Of a stretch of 64,000 nucleotides of DNA, positions 10,201-20,417 are shown piece by piece. This DNA comes from an uncultured Phycisphaerales bacterium (GTDB lineage Bacteria > Planctomycetota > Phycisphaerae > Tepidisphaerales > Tepidisphaeraceae): assembly GCA_963755915.1 (NCBI GenBank), contig CAVWLP010000002.1, positions 1,632,001 to 1,696,000 of the forward strand, written 5' to 3'. A model generated the notes under the pieces. The model searched no databases, was not told the DNA's origin, and saw only the letters and a program-made list of their open reading frames with translations. Within the stretch, counting starts at the first letter, position 1; each line of letters starts with the position of its first letter. Made by a program: the position numbers and the translations under genes.

Positions 10201-10239
10201 AAGCCCGCCGGGTGCAATAGAGCCCCGGCGGGCTTTTTT
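10201..10239 (+). terminator. Intrinsic terminator-like hairpin after the Ubl gene
   Basis: AAGCCCGCCGGG...CCCGGCGGGCTT followed by TTTT. Confidence 0.75.
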
Positions 10240-10270
10240 GTTTCCCCTATTTCCTGGAGGTGATCCACCC

Positions 10271-11329
10271 ATGACCAGCAAAGATCCGCCTATCCGGACA
10301 GCCGTGCGGCTGCTTCGATCCTCGGAGCAGCGGCAAACCCGATCCAACCGGCAATATGACAATGCCCTGGAGATGGTCCTGTATCACGCCAAGCTGCTGG
10401 CGCAGTACCTGAGCGCCAGCCATAAAGCCCACTGCCGCGGTTGGAATGCGGCCGTGGACCAGATGCAGATCCGCGTCTCTGAGACCCTGCGCCAATTGCA
10501 ATCCGCCGCATCCGAAGCCGCCATCCACTCCCAGCGTCCACCGATTCTTCGCCCCACCCTCCGCGATCTGCATCAGGATTTGCTCCAGCTCCATCAGGAG
10601 TTTGAAGAAGTATCCCTGGACCTGAAGGGTGGGGTAGTGACAGCGGTTACCGATGCCATCCAACTGAAGGAGGTGTATTTGGGCCCATTCAGCCTTGAAC
10701 TGCATCTTGATCGCCTGGCAGAAAGGGCGGAGGTCTCGGTATTCGATGTCGTCGCCCTCGATCCCCATCCACCGGCCAGTTCTGAGGATGTCACTCACCC
10801 GCATGTCCGGGATGACCAAATCTGTGCCGGGGATGCCACAGCCCCGATAGCCCATGCCCTGAAAGAGGGACGGATCTGTGATGCCTTCCTGGCAGTTAAT
10901 TCCGTCCTGCATACCTACAACGGCCACTCCCCCTACGTCAGTTTGAGCGACTGGGAGGGGGTGCCCTGTGCCGATTGCGGCTGTGCGACCAGTGAGGACC
11001 AGCGCTATTACTGCGAGGACTGCGGCCAGGACTTCTGCGAGGAATGCTACTCAACCTGCGATATCTGCCAAACCTCCTGCTGCCGGGGTTGCCTGGAGAA
11101 GGATCAGGAATCGGACCAGCTCTGTTGCAAAGGGTGCCGGCGGTACTGCGGGCGCTGTAATCGCATGGTCGATGCCGACAGTTTTGACGGCGAGACCGAA
11201 CTCTGTCCCGGTTGTCATGAACAGCTCCTCCAAGAGGAGGAGGAAACTAAACCCAATGAGGAGAACCAAAATGAACAACAAGATCCAAATTCGAGCCCAG
11301 AGAAGTCCCTTGTGCCGGACCGGGCATGA
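10271..11329 (+). CDS. Prokaryotic E2-like protein with a C-terminal multi-CxxC zinc-finger array
   Basis: GGAGG RBS; HPHV-x4-ICAGD (E2-like HP..C); eight CxxC pairs; operon context. Confidence 0.7.
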   Translation: MTSKDPPIRTAVRLLRSSEQRQTRSNRQYDNALEMVLYHAKLLAQYLSASHKAHCRGWNAAVDQMQIRVSETLRQLQSAASEAAIHSQRPPILRPTLRDLHQDLLQLHQEFEEVSLDLKGGVVTAVTDAIQLKEVYLGPFSLELHLDRLAERAEVSVFDVVALDPHPPASSEDVTHPHVRDDQICAGDATAPIAHALKEGRICDAFLAVNSVLHTYNGHSPYVSLSDWEGVPCADCGCATSEDQRYYCEDCGQDFCEECYSTCDICQTSCCRGCLEKDQESDQLCCKGCRRYCGRCNRMVDADSFDGETELCPGCHEQLLQEEEETKPNEENQNEQQDPNSSPEKSLVPDRA

Positions 11330-12029
11330 GGAGGAGAAGCAAGTTTTGACGTTCTCACCTATGGCGTGGTTGAAGCTACGCCTGTTCCTTCACGCCGATG
11401 ATGTGGAAGTCGCCGGCTTCGGAATCAGCAGCGATTACAACCTCTTATACATCAAGGATTTTGTAACCGTTAAGCAGCTTGTCAGCTCCGTCACGGTTGA
11501 ATTCGACGATGGCGCTGTTGCCGATCACTTCGACACCTGCGCCGATGCGGATGTCCCGCCAGCGCACTGTGGCCGGATCTGGGTCCATACCCATCCCGGC
11601 ACGTCGCCCATTCCCAGCTACACGGATGAGCAGACTTTTAGGCGGGTCTTCGGAACCTGCGACTGGGCGGTGATGGCCATCGTTGCCCGGGGCGGGGCAT
11701 CCTATGCCCGGCTACGCTTCAGCGCCGGACCCGGTGGGGATGCGGTTATCCCGATTGTGGTCGATTGGGAGAGGTTCCCCCAGGATCTGCTCGACCAGGA
11801 GGGGAAGATAAACGAGGTATTCACCCAATGGTTGGATGAATACGGCCTAAACGTGCATCACAAGCCCCTGTTTGATCCGATCCCAAAGCCGGTGGCCAAG
11901 GCGCTGGCCTACCAGGATCCATTTGATGAGCTGGATGAGCTTTATGACCAGCAGATCCTCATGGACGACTTCCCGCAATTCTTTGAAGCTCCCGTACCAG
12001 AAGCGTTCGCCTGGGAGGATCGCCCATGA
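11271..12029 (+). CDS. JAB/MPN metallo-isopeptidase
   Basis: EVAGFG and WVHTHPG-x5-PSYTD (HxH..S..D). Confidence 0.88.
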   Translation: MNNKIQIRAQRSPLCRTGHEEEKQVLTFSPMAWLKLRLFLHADDVEVAGFGISSDYNLLYIKDFVTVKQLVSSVTVEFDDGAVADHFDTCADADVPPAHCGRIWVHTHPGTSPIPSYTDEQTFRRVFGTCDWAVMAIVARGGASYARLRFSAGPGGDAVIPIVVDWERFPQDLLDQEGKINEVFTQWLDEYGLNVHHKPLFDPIPKPVAKALAYQDPFDELDELYDQQILMDDFPQFFEAPVPEAFAWEDRP

Positions 12030-12721
12030 ACATAGACATCCAGGATCGTGATCTTCGTCAGCGGGATCTGGTGCCACCAGACAAACTCGCCAATTGCCGT
12101 GCCCTGGTGATTGGCGTTGGGGCCATCGGCCGGCAGGTGGCGTTGCAACTGGCCGCCATGGGAGTTCTTGATTTGACGCTGGTGGATTTTGACGTCGTGG
12201 ATGTGGTGAACCTGGCTCCGCAGGGTTATGCCCCAGAAGACCTGGGAAAGACCAAGGTGGAAACGACGGCACAGATGTGTCGGCGGCTGAATCCGGATTT
12301 GGTGGTGCACACCGCCGCCGAGCGATTCCGCCGCTCTTCCCCGAAAGCACTGGCGTGCTTCAGACCGACGCTGTCGGCGCGGCAATTGGTCGTATTCTGC
12401 TGCGTCGATTCGATCACGGCGCGGGGGATTTGCTGGGATGCGGTGAAGGATTTTGCGGGCTTCTTCGCCGATGCCCGAATGTCGGCCGAGGTGATTCGGA
12501 TCTTGGCGTCGGATCGGCCGGCAACCGACGTGCATTATCCAACCACCTTGTTCGCCCAGGATCAGGCGTTTGCCGGTGCCTGCACCGCAAAGAGCACTAT
12601 CTATACTGCCGCCGTCGCCGCAGGATTCATGCTCGCTCAATGCACTCGCTGGCTGCGGGGAATATCTGTTGATCGCGATCTGCTGCTGAATCTCCTAGCG
12701 AGCGAGTTGATCGCGGCATAA
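12026..12721 (+). CDS. ThiF/E1-family adenylyltransferase
   Basis: RQ, GVGAIG, DFDVVDVVNLAPQG, KTK, CVDS; candidate catalytic Cys in GACTAKST. Confidence 0.92.
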   Translation: MNIDIQDRDLRQRDLVPPDKLANCRALVIGVGAIGRQVALQLAAMGVLDLTLVDFDVVDVVNLAPQGYAPEDLGKTKVETTAQMCRRLNPDLVVHTAAERFRRSSPKALACFRPTLSARQLVVFCCVDSITARGICWDAVKDFAGFFADARMSAEVIRILASDRPATDVHYPTTLFAQDQAFAGACTAKSTIYTAAVAAGFMLAQCTRWLRGISVDRDLLLNLLASELIAA

Positions 12722-12750
12722 CCGACTTTATCCTGCCCAACCCAGAACGT

Positions 12751-12788
12751 GACGGGCCGGAGTGCCAACTCCGGCCCGTCTTTCTTTT
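12751..12788 (+). terminator. Intrinsic terminator closing the Ubl-E2-JAB-E1 operon
   Basis: 13-bp stem GACGGGCCGGAGT/ACTCCGGCCCGTC followed by TTTCTTTT. Confidence 0.8.
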
Positions 12789-12820
12789 CCTAAACAACAT
12801 TAATTTTTTGGAGGTATTTG

Positions 12821-13195
12821 ATGTCCCTACAACCGTCTGGCGACCAGCTCGTCGATGCCAAATCAATCTTGGAGGCGATCGCGGAGTTGAAACGACGTGG
12901 CAACAGCGCCATCTTGCAGGAACTGGAATCCATCGAGCGAGAGCTCGCCGGTCACCTCATGGAGGAACTCGGCTTGATCCATCAGGGTCTACTCAAGACT
13001 GGAGCGAGAAACAAGCTCGTTCGCCAGTTGAACGAGCAGATCGAAGCCCTGGCACTGGTGAGCATCCTGTCCCTGCGAAAAGCCTATTGCCGGCTTATGG
13101 AGGAGAGCGCCGATGAAACACCGCCAGCCAGGATAGATGCTCCCGGATCGCAAGGTACTCCGCACCCAAATGGCGGCGAGTCCCCGGCACAGTGA
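12821..13195 (+). CDS. Hypothetical helical protein
   Basis: GGAGG RBS; 124-aa ORF with no recognised motif. Confidence 0.6.
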   Translation: MSLQPSGDQLVDAKSILEAIAELKRRGNSAILQELESIERELAGHLMEELGLIHQGLLKTGARNKLVRQLNEQIEALALVSILSLRKAYCRLMEESADETPPARIDAPGSQGTPHPNGGESPAQ

Positions 13196-13262
13196 TCCAA
13201 AGTGCGCGAGCAGTGTATCCAACTACTAACTTTTCTAAGTTTCGATCGGAGGATCATCATGA

Positions 13263-13583
13263 ATGACAAATTACCCCCAGGCGCCGGGTCCAGCGCCGCT
13301 ACGACGTCCGACTATCAATCTTCCCCTAGGACGGCTGCTTTCCACGCCGGGGGCCATCGAGGCCATGGCCAAGGCCGGCCAGGATCCACTGGAACTAATC
13401 AGCCGTCACCGCACTGGTGACTAGGGAGAGGTGGATGAGGGGGATTCAGTCGCTAACGACCAGGCCGTCATCCATGGCGAGCGTATTCTCTCGGCTTATA
13501 CCGTGAGAGACGGCGTGCGGCTTTGGATCATCACCGAGGCTGATCGCTCGGCAACAACCCTTCTGCTTCCAGATGAGTATTAA
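13263..13583 (+). pseudogene. Conserved plasmid/ICE-associated hypothetical protein with an internal TAG
   Basis: My translation: ...LPLGRLLSTPGA...RHRTGD*GEV...N..A...GERILSAY...WIITEADRSATTLLLPDEY; TAG at 13422-13424 where this family has GDWG. Confidence 0.75.
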
Positions 13584-13757
13584 TTCGCCACTTCTTTTTC
13601 CATCTCCAATCTACGGAGGAACATTTGGATCTTCGCTTCATTATTGTGCTGATTGTCATTGTCTACCTCTTTCTGGCCTTCGGGAGTTGTCTGGATCAAC
13701 AGGCTCACCTCCGATCGTCCATGAAGCCTTTACCCACAACCCAGGAAAATTTATCGC

Positions 13758-14351
13758 ATGCACAGATTCACTCGCACAGTGATCGTTCTATTAATCGGAT
13801 CAGCATTGGGCTGGACCGGAGCTATGGCGCTTCGACCGTCGCTCCCAGCTAATGGAATCCATGACGAGCCTTCCATCGAACGGATGTCGGCGCTGTCGCA
13901 ACTGCTGACCCTCCGGATCGATGTCGCCGACGTGCTGGTCACACGGATCGATGGGGCAACGGGCGGCGTGCAGGTGGCTATGCTGGTCAAGGGGGATGTC
14001 GCGATGGGAATCGATCTCTCCCAGGGGCGGTTCGACCAGGTCGATCACGAGCGCTGCACAGCGGTCCTGATCCTGCCCCCGCCCCAAGCTTCATGTGCAC
14101 GGGTGGACCAGGATCGCTCCAGGCTGTTCGCCCTTACGTCTGACGGACTATGGATGATTACGCCTGGAAGCCGCGATTACATTGCTGTGGTGGACAAGGC
14201 CATGAGCCAGGCGCAGGATCTGGTTGCCTCGGCAGCCCACAACATCGATGCCGACGAGCGCGCCCGCGGCCATGCGGAAATATTGCTGGGTACATTTTTC
14301 CATTCGATTGGATGGGAGGTGCAAATCTGCTGGTCCGATCGATCACGCTAG
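13758..14351 (+). CDS. DUF4230-like membrane-anchored protein
   Basis: N-terminal TM segment; VKGDVAMGIDLS...LILPPP pattern. Confidence 0.65.
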   Translation: MHRFTRTVIVLLIGSALGWTGAMALRPSLPANGIHDEPSIERMSALSQLLTLRIDVADVLVTRIDGATGGVQVAMLVKGDVAMGIDLSQGRFDQVDHERCTAVLILPPPQASCARVDQDRSRLFALTSDGLWMITPGSRDYIAVVDKAMSQAQDLVASAAHNIDADERARGHAEILLGTFFHSIGWEVQICWSDRSR

Positions 14352-14570
14352 GATCGGCGTCCAAATCGCGTTATTTTTTGCGCGGGCTTGTAGCGCTTTT
14401 GTAGCGATGACAAAGGAAATATCTGCAAGATATGCGCCATGGTTTTTCTTGACAGTGCGAAAAGGGGCGGTATTTTGGGGAAATCACAGATCGGCGCTTT
14501 GCGACACGATCATCGGCAGAGAATCTCCCCCTCTCCGTGTAATCCTTCTAACCCTCGCATTGTGCGGGGG

Positions 14571-16429
14571 TTATTTTTGCGCCGGCCGTTGAGGTGGAAA
14601 TTCTTCCGCCGTAGATCCGGAGCCGGGAACCAGCGGTATTTGAAATCGGAAGATCGTTCCGCCGCTGGGGAGGCAGTCGAAATCGATCTGGCCGCTGTGG
14701 GCTTCGATGATATTTTTCGCGATGGAGAGTCCGAGGCCGGCGCCGGAGGGGGCGCTGGGGCTGGGGACGCGGAAGAATTTTTGGAAGATCTGGGTGCGGA
14801 ATTCGGCGGGGATACCGGGGCCGGTGTCTTTGACGTTGAAGGAGATGGTTTGACCGTTTTTTTCAGACCAGACGGTTACCTTGCCGCCGGATGGGGTGAA
14901 TTTCAGGGCGTTGGAGAGGAGGTTGGTCATGACGGATTGGATCGATACCGGATCGGCATTGACCGGCGGCAGGTCATCGACGGGTTCGATGGTCAGTTCG
15001 ATCTCCTTGTCGGCGAAAAGCTGCCGCAGCGGTTCGACGGCGGAGCCGATGATTTGCGCGGGGACATCGCGCGGAAGCGGAACTGGGCGCGGCCGGATTC
15101 CATTCGGCTCAGGCTGAGCAGCTCGTCGATCGTCTGGTAAAGGCGATCGCTGTCGCGCTTGGCGGTTTGGAGCATTTTCATTTTGCTGGGGGGGAGAATT
15201 TGGCCGAGGCTTGTGATCAGCAGACCCAGAAGCAACTGCTGAGATGTGAGGGGGGTGCGCAGTTCGTGCGAAACCGTGGAGACCAGGCTGCTCTTGGCTT
15301 CGTCGACTTTGCGAAGCTGGGTGACGTCGACCAGGATCGCGGTGACGCCGATCTGTCTTTTGTCGGGGCTGCGCATCGGCACGGCGCGCGGCAGCAAAAA
15401 GCGCTCTTGGCCGTCGACGAAAAGCTGGATGGCGGATTTGTATCCCTGCGGCTCGACCGGCTGCTGGCGGCTTTTTACTTCTTCGTAGAGCGGCCCGAGC
15501 CAGTTGAGGCCGAGGCTCTGCACGGTGCGGCCGGGCTCGACGCCGAAGTAGGAGCGGGCCGCTTCATTCGCGATTGCGATTTTGTCATCGGGGCCGATGA
15601 CGAAGACGGCATCGGGCAAACTGTCGATGGCCAGTTGGGTGGTCTGTTCGCTGCGGTGGATTCGGTCGTGGTCGATGCGCTTGAATTCGCGGAGTTGGGA
15701 GATCATGCAGTTGAATGCTTCGGTGAGCTTGCCGATTTCGTCGGTGGAGTTGTTGGAGAGGTAGACGTCGAGATTTCCCTCGCCGATTTCGCGTGCCGAT
15801 CGGGTGAAATCGCGGAGGGGGCGGAGGATGCTCCCGCCGGCGGTCCACACGACGATGGTGGCGAGGAGGGTGCCGGTGATGACGAGGATCAGCAGGCTGT
15901 TGCGGACGGTGACGAGGGTGCGCTTCACCTGCCCGTCGACGGAAATCATGTTGGACATGTTCATGTCGGCGACGTGCTGAGCCACCTGCTTGAGCTCGTC
16001 GTAACGGGGGAGCAGGTCGTTTTCGTAGAGGTCGGTGCGACCGACAGAAGTGGAATTAAATTGGTCGTAGTGGGCGCGATAGTCTACCCAAAGCTGGGCG
16101 ATGTTGCGGGTCGCGTCTAATTCACCGGGCAAGGTGCAGTTGTTGAGTTGCGAGCCGAGGTTGTCATCGAAGCGGGACTCAGGCCCGGTGAAATCGGTCG
16201 CCTGCACCGCCGGGCCTTTCCAGAGCATTCGCTGGGCGCGGGTGTTGAGCTGATCGAGCGACTCCTTCATCGCGTCGCAATAGATGGCGCTGTCGTAATT
16301 CTCGCGGAAGACGCGCTCCAGGGCGCGGCTGTAGCGCGTAAAGACAATCATGCTGAGGGCGCTGACCACCAGGAGGATCAGGAGCAGGCTTCCGAACCCC
16401 AGCCAGAGTCTATTCCTTAAGCTCGTCAT
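14571..16429 (-). CDS. Sensor histidine kinase (KinB-like; HAMP-PAS-HisKA-HATPase; frameshift near 15060)
   Basis: Two TM segments, H-box VSHELRTPLTS, N-box NLLSNALKFT, DTGPGI, GAGLGL. Confidence 0.9.
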
Positions 16430-17801
16430 CCTGTTCCTCGTTCAATTTCCGCTTGAATCGTCTGCAGAGCGTACTGGCATTGACCCCCAGCACGGCCGCG
16501 GCGCGGCGAATTGTCTTTGCCGACGCCATCACCTTCTGGATGTGCGCCTCCTCGATCAATTCCAGCGGCACAAGATCGCCAATCTTATAGCCGTTTAATG
16601 TGGAACCGTCCCTGGAGGCAGAATGAACCAGGTCGGCGGGGAGATGATCGAGCTCGATCCGGTCCGAATTGCATGCCAGCACGGCCCGCTCGACCACGTT
16701 GCGCAGCTCGCGCGAGTTTCCCGGCCAGCGATGGGAATTGAGCAGAAACGTCGCGTCGGATGAAAAGCCGGTGATCGATTTATGGTGATCGCGGCTGAAG
16801 AATGAGAGATATCGCATCGCGAGCATGAGGACATCCTCCGGCCGCTGCCGGAGAGGAGGAATATCGATCTGCGCGACGTTGAGGGCAAGCAGTAGGTCGG
16901 GGCGGAATTTTCCGAGATCGACGGCCTTGCGGAGGTCCGCGCCGGTGGTGGCGATGACGCGAACATTGATTGGACGGGCCGATGCCTCGTCCTGCCGCTC
17001 AAATTCCTTGTTGCGGATGACGTTGAGCAGCTTGTGCTGGAGGCGCATGGGCATATTGCCCACCTCATCGAGGAGGAGGGTGCCGCCGTGGCATTTGGCG
17101 ATGGCGCCGACGGGTCCGGCCGTTCCGGCGCCTGCGCCGAAGAGCTCGGCTTCCAGGGCGTCTACACCGTCGCCGTCGCAGGGGATGGAGATACAGGGGT
17201 TGTCGCGGCGCTGGCTCCAGAGGTGGATCGCGCGTGCCAGGCGGCCGCGTCCGGTTCCCGGTTCGCCCTGGATCAGGACGGCAGGGCTCGCCGTCGCGAC
17301 GCGGCGCGCGAAATCGATTCGTTCGCGGTATATCGCGTTGCCCGTGGGAAAATCCGCCTCGGGGTCGAGCGAGCCAAGAGCCGTCTGCATGGCATCAACG
17401 GTTCGCTCCAGCATCCGCCGCTCGGCGACTTTTTGCGTGCGCAAGAGAAGTTGGGTCGGCTCGAATGGCTTGGAGAGGAAATCGGTTGCGCCGAGCTTCA
17501 TCGCCTCGACGGCGGTTTCGATCGAGCCGTAGGCGGTGATAACGATGATCCGCGCCCAGGGATTTTCTTCGCGAAGCGAGGTGAGGTAATCGAGTCCGTT
17601 TTTCGTGCCCAGGCGGACATCGAGGAAGATCAGGTCGAACGCCTGGCGGGCGGTCTGATCGAAGGCGTCTTCAATCGTGCCGACGGCGACGATCTCATGT
17701 CCCTCGGTTTCGAGGCAGAGGGACATTGCATAGCGGATGTGCTCGTCGTCGTCGATGACGAGGATTCGCAAGGCTCGCGGGTCGATTTTCGATTCTGACA
17801 T
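16410..17801 (-). CDS. Sigma54-dependent response regulator (NtrC/AlgB-like)
   Basis: Receiver ILVIDDD...FLDV; GEPGTGR, ELFG, GGTLLLDEV, WPGNSREL; C-terminal HTH. Confidence 0.9.
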   Translation of the reverse strand: MSESKIDPRALRILVIDDDEHIRYAMSLCLETEGHEIVAVGTIEDAFDQTARQAFDLIFLDVRLGTKNGLDYLTSLREENPWARIIVITAYGSIETAVEAMKLGATDFLSKPFEPTQLLLRTQKVAERRMLERTVDAMQTALGSLDPEADFPTGNAIYRERIDFARRVATASPAVLIQGEPGTGRGRLARAIHLWSQRRDNPCISIPCDGDGVDALEAELFGAGAGTAGPVGAIAKCHGGTLLLDEVGNMPMRLQHKLLNVIRNKEFERQDEASARPINVRVIATTGADLRKAVDLGKFRPDLLLALNVAQIDIPPLRQRPEDVLMLAMRYLSFFSRDHHKSITGFSSDATFLLNSHRWPGNSRELRNVVERAVLACNSDRIELDHLPADLVHSASRDGSTLNGYKIGDLVPLELIEEAHIQKVMASAKTIRRAAAVLGVNASTLCRRFKRKLNEEQDDELKE

Positions 17802-18378
17802 TGTGGGTCCCTGCCTCTTCTCCACCGCCCGAGGAGAAGAATGTTGTATAACGCAGTCTGCAAATCGAATGCCGCTTGAAACGCCTGCGCAACCGCGATC
17901 AAGGGCATTCTTTTCGACAAATGGCAGTAGCCTGCCCAATAATCGCGCGAATGATTCATTTGATCGAAAATTCAGCTCGAAACTGCGCAGGCAGGCTATC
18001 TCATTCAGTCGTTACTCTCGTTCTTGAAGGGTGTTGCGAAACGCCTAATCGGGTGCGGCCGTCATCCTTACAATTAAGCAGCAGTGATTAAACAATAGGC
18101 GGACGGGCTTGGGCACGCGAGATGGCGGAACTTTTTACGGGCGTTTACAGAGCTTTTGATCGCGCACTTTACCCCGAGCCGTTCGCGCCGGAAGTGCTGG
18201 CGAGGAAGAGTTCCCATCGTGATTCACTTGCCTTCAGCGGCGCGGAAGCTGACATCGATATGCCAAAGCACTTCGACGCGCGCAGTGCATGAGCGCGCAA
18301 CGCGCGCTGCGGACTTCAAAGCGCGCACTCTGCGGCAACTCAATCAACCCCGGGTTGCTTCGATTCATCCTCGCGCAC

Positions 18379-18394
18379 TGGCATCGGCTTTGTT
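18379..18394 (+). promoter_or_regulatory. Possible sigma54 -24/-12 promoter upstream of amtB
   Basis: TGGCATCGGCTTTGTT; GG-N10-GT rather than the consensus GC. Confidence 0.3.
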
Positions 18395-18527
18395 GAATAG
18401 CTCGCTTAAGCGATTGCGAGCCGGCCGGCGGCCGGGCTTGTCCACAGTTCGCGAGTTGTGTGCTCCACGCAGCGGGCCGAGAGTTCGGCCCGGGCAATCT
18501 TGGTCTTTTTTGGCAAAGGGTGAATGT

Positions 18528-20326
18528 ATGAAGCATTTCTTCTGGCCGGGACAATGGCGTCTGCGGTTCTTAGCGTGTTCAGCGGCATTTATAATGTTCC
18601 TATTGATCGGAGCGCTCAATGCTCGTGGTCAATCGACGCAGCCTGTTGACGCGCCGCATGCCGACTCCTCAGGCGCAACCGGTGGCGACAATTCGCTGAT
18701 CACTCCCAACGTAGGATTGCCTGGCTGGACCGGGGGCGGGACAGACAGCAAGGGCGTTTGGCACCCGTACAACGACGACAAAGGCAATCCCACCGACACC
18801 CCCAACGCCACCAGCCTCGCTCCCAACGTCTCTAAGGCGCTTTACTCCGTCAACATCGTCTGGACGCTCGTCTGCGGCTACCTAGTCATGTTCATGCAGG
18901 CCGGGTTCGCATTGGTTGAAACCGGCTTGATTCGCGGCAAGAACGCCGCCCATACGATGTCGATGAACTTCATGATCTATGCCATCGGCATGTTCGGCTT
19001 CTTCATTTGCGGATTTGCCTTCATGTGCGGCGGCGCAAACGGCACCGGAGCGCTGGGCGGCCCGGGCCAGTTGGGCGGGATTCCGTCACTGAACCAAATG
19101 TGGGGCTTCACCACTGGTACAGGCGCCAACGCCCACTTCTGGGGTTTGTGCGGGCATACCGGCTTCTGCTTGACTGGGCAAGGTTATGACGCGGCCGCGG
19201 CGGTTTGGTTCCTGTTTGAGATGGTGTTCATGGATACCACCGCTACCATCGTCACAGGCGCTGCGCCGAACGATGGAGTTTCAAGAGCTTCTTTGTCTTC
19301 AGTTTGTTCATCGGCGCAGTCACGTATCCAATCTTCGGCTGCTGGGTCTGGGGCGGCGGGTGGCTGGCGCAGATGGGACAAAACTGGGGCCTGGGCAACG
19401 GCGCGTGCGATTACGCCGGCTCTGGCGTCGTCCACCTCCAGGGTGGGGCCTTGGCGTTCATCACCTCACTCCTGCTTGGGAAGCGCCTTGGTAAGTGGGA
19501 CAAGAATGGAAAGCTCGTTAATCCGATTTCGCCCCACAATATTCCAATGGTGCAGCTTGGAACGTTCATCCTCGCGTTCGGCTGGTTTGGGTTCAATCCT
19601 GGCAGCTCGTTGGCTTCCAGCGACAACCGCATCGGGATCGTCGCTGTCAACACGATGCTCGCAGGCATGAGCGCGACAATGTCGGCCGTTCTGTACATGT
19701 GGTGGTTCGGCCCGACCAAGAAACCCGATCCGGCGATGATGTGCAATGGGCTACTAGCAGGCTTGGTGGCGATTACCGCTCCGTCCGGTTTTGTGACCCC
19801 CTGCGGCGCGTTCTGGATCGGCGCCGTTGCTGGCGTGCTAGTCGTACTGAGCGTCTTCTTCTTCGATAAGATCGGCATTGACGATCCTGTCGGTGCGATC
19901 AGCGTCCACGGAACTTGCGGCGCCTGGGGCGTGTTGTCGGTAGGCCTCTTCGCTGACGGCCACTACGCCGGGTACAACGGCGTCGCCACTGGAGTCTGGG
20001 GTCTGTTCTACGGTGACCATCAGATGAAACAGTTCGCGTCGCAGTTCATTGAAGTGTGCGTGAACATTGGCTGGAACTGCGGTGCCGGCGGGCTCTTTTT
20101 CCTGCTGACCGGCTTGCTGGTCGGCGGCAACCGCGTGCCCGCCAAGACCGAAATCGCCGGACTGGACATGCCGGAGATGGGCCTCATGGGCTATCCGGAG
20201 ACGACGCCGTTGGTCTTGCCCGAAAACATCAGCGACGAGCAGGTCGAGGCGATCAAGGCCGGCAAAATGCTGGAGGTCGAGCCGCTCAGGTTCCCCAAAG
20301 TGCCGGCGGAAGCCGTGATGGTCTAG
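18528..20326 (+). CDS. amtB: Ammonium transporter (frameshift near 19262)
   Basis: FMQAGFALVETG, KNA, DYAGSGVVH, GWFGFNPGS, NGLLAGLVAITA, DDPVGAISVHG (twin His present). Confidence 0.93.
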
Positions 20327-20350
20327 CTCGATTCGTCTCTCAACAACACC

Positions 20351-20385
20351 AGCCCGCCGACCCCTAACCGGGCCGGCGGGCTTTG
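20351..20385 (+). terminator. Hairpin after amtB
   Basis: AGCCCGCCG...CGGCGGGCT followed by a short T run. Confidence 0.5.
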
Positions 20386-20417
20386 CCTCATCAAGAGCAT
20401 AAGTTTAAAGGCTTTTC

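Noticed and set aside
9946-12721. Thiamine or molybdopterin biosynthesis (ThiS/ThiF, MoaD/MoeB)
   Set aside because: No thiG, moaE or related genes are nearby; E2-like and JAB partners point to protein conjugation.
13625-13852. Small hydrophobic ORF with an upstream GGAGG
   Set aside because: TTG start and a 95-bp overlap with the DUF4230-like gene; it may be real but is unsupported.
17802-18527. Riboswitch or ncRNA upstream of amtB
   Set aside because: I could not identify a conserved aptamer by eye; an Rfam/Infernal scan is needed.
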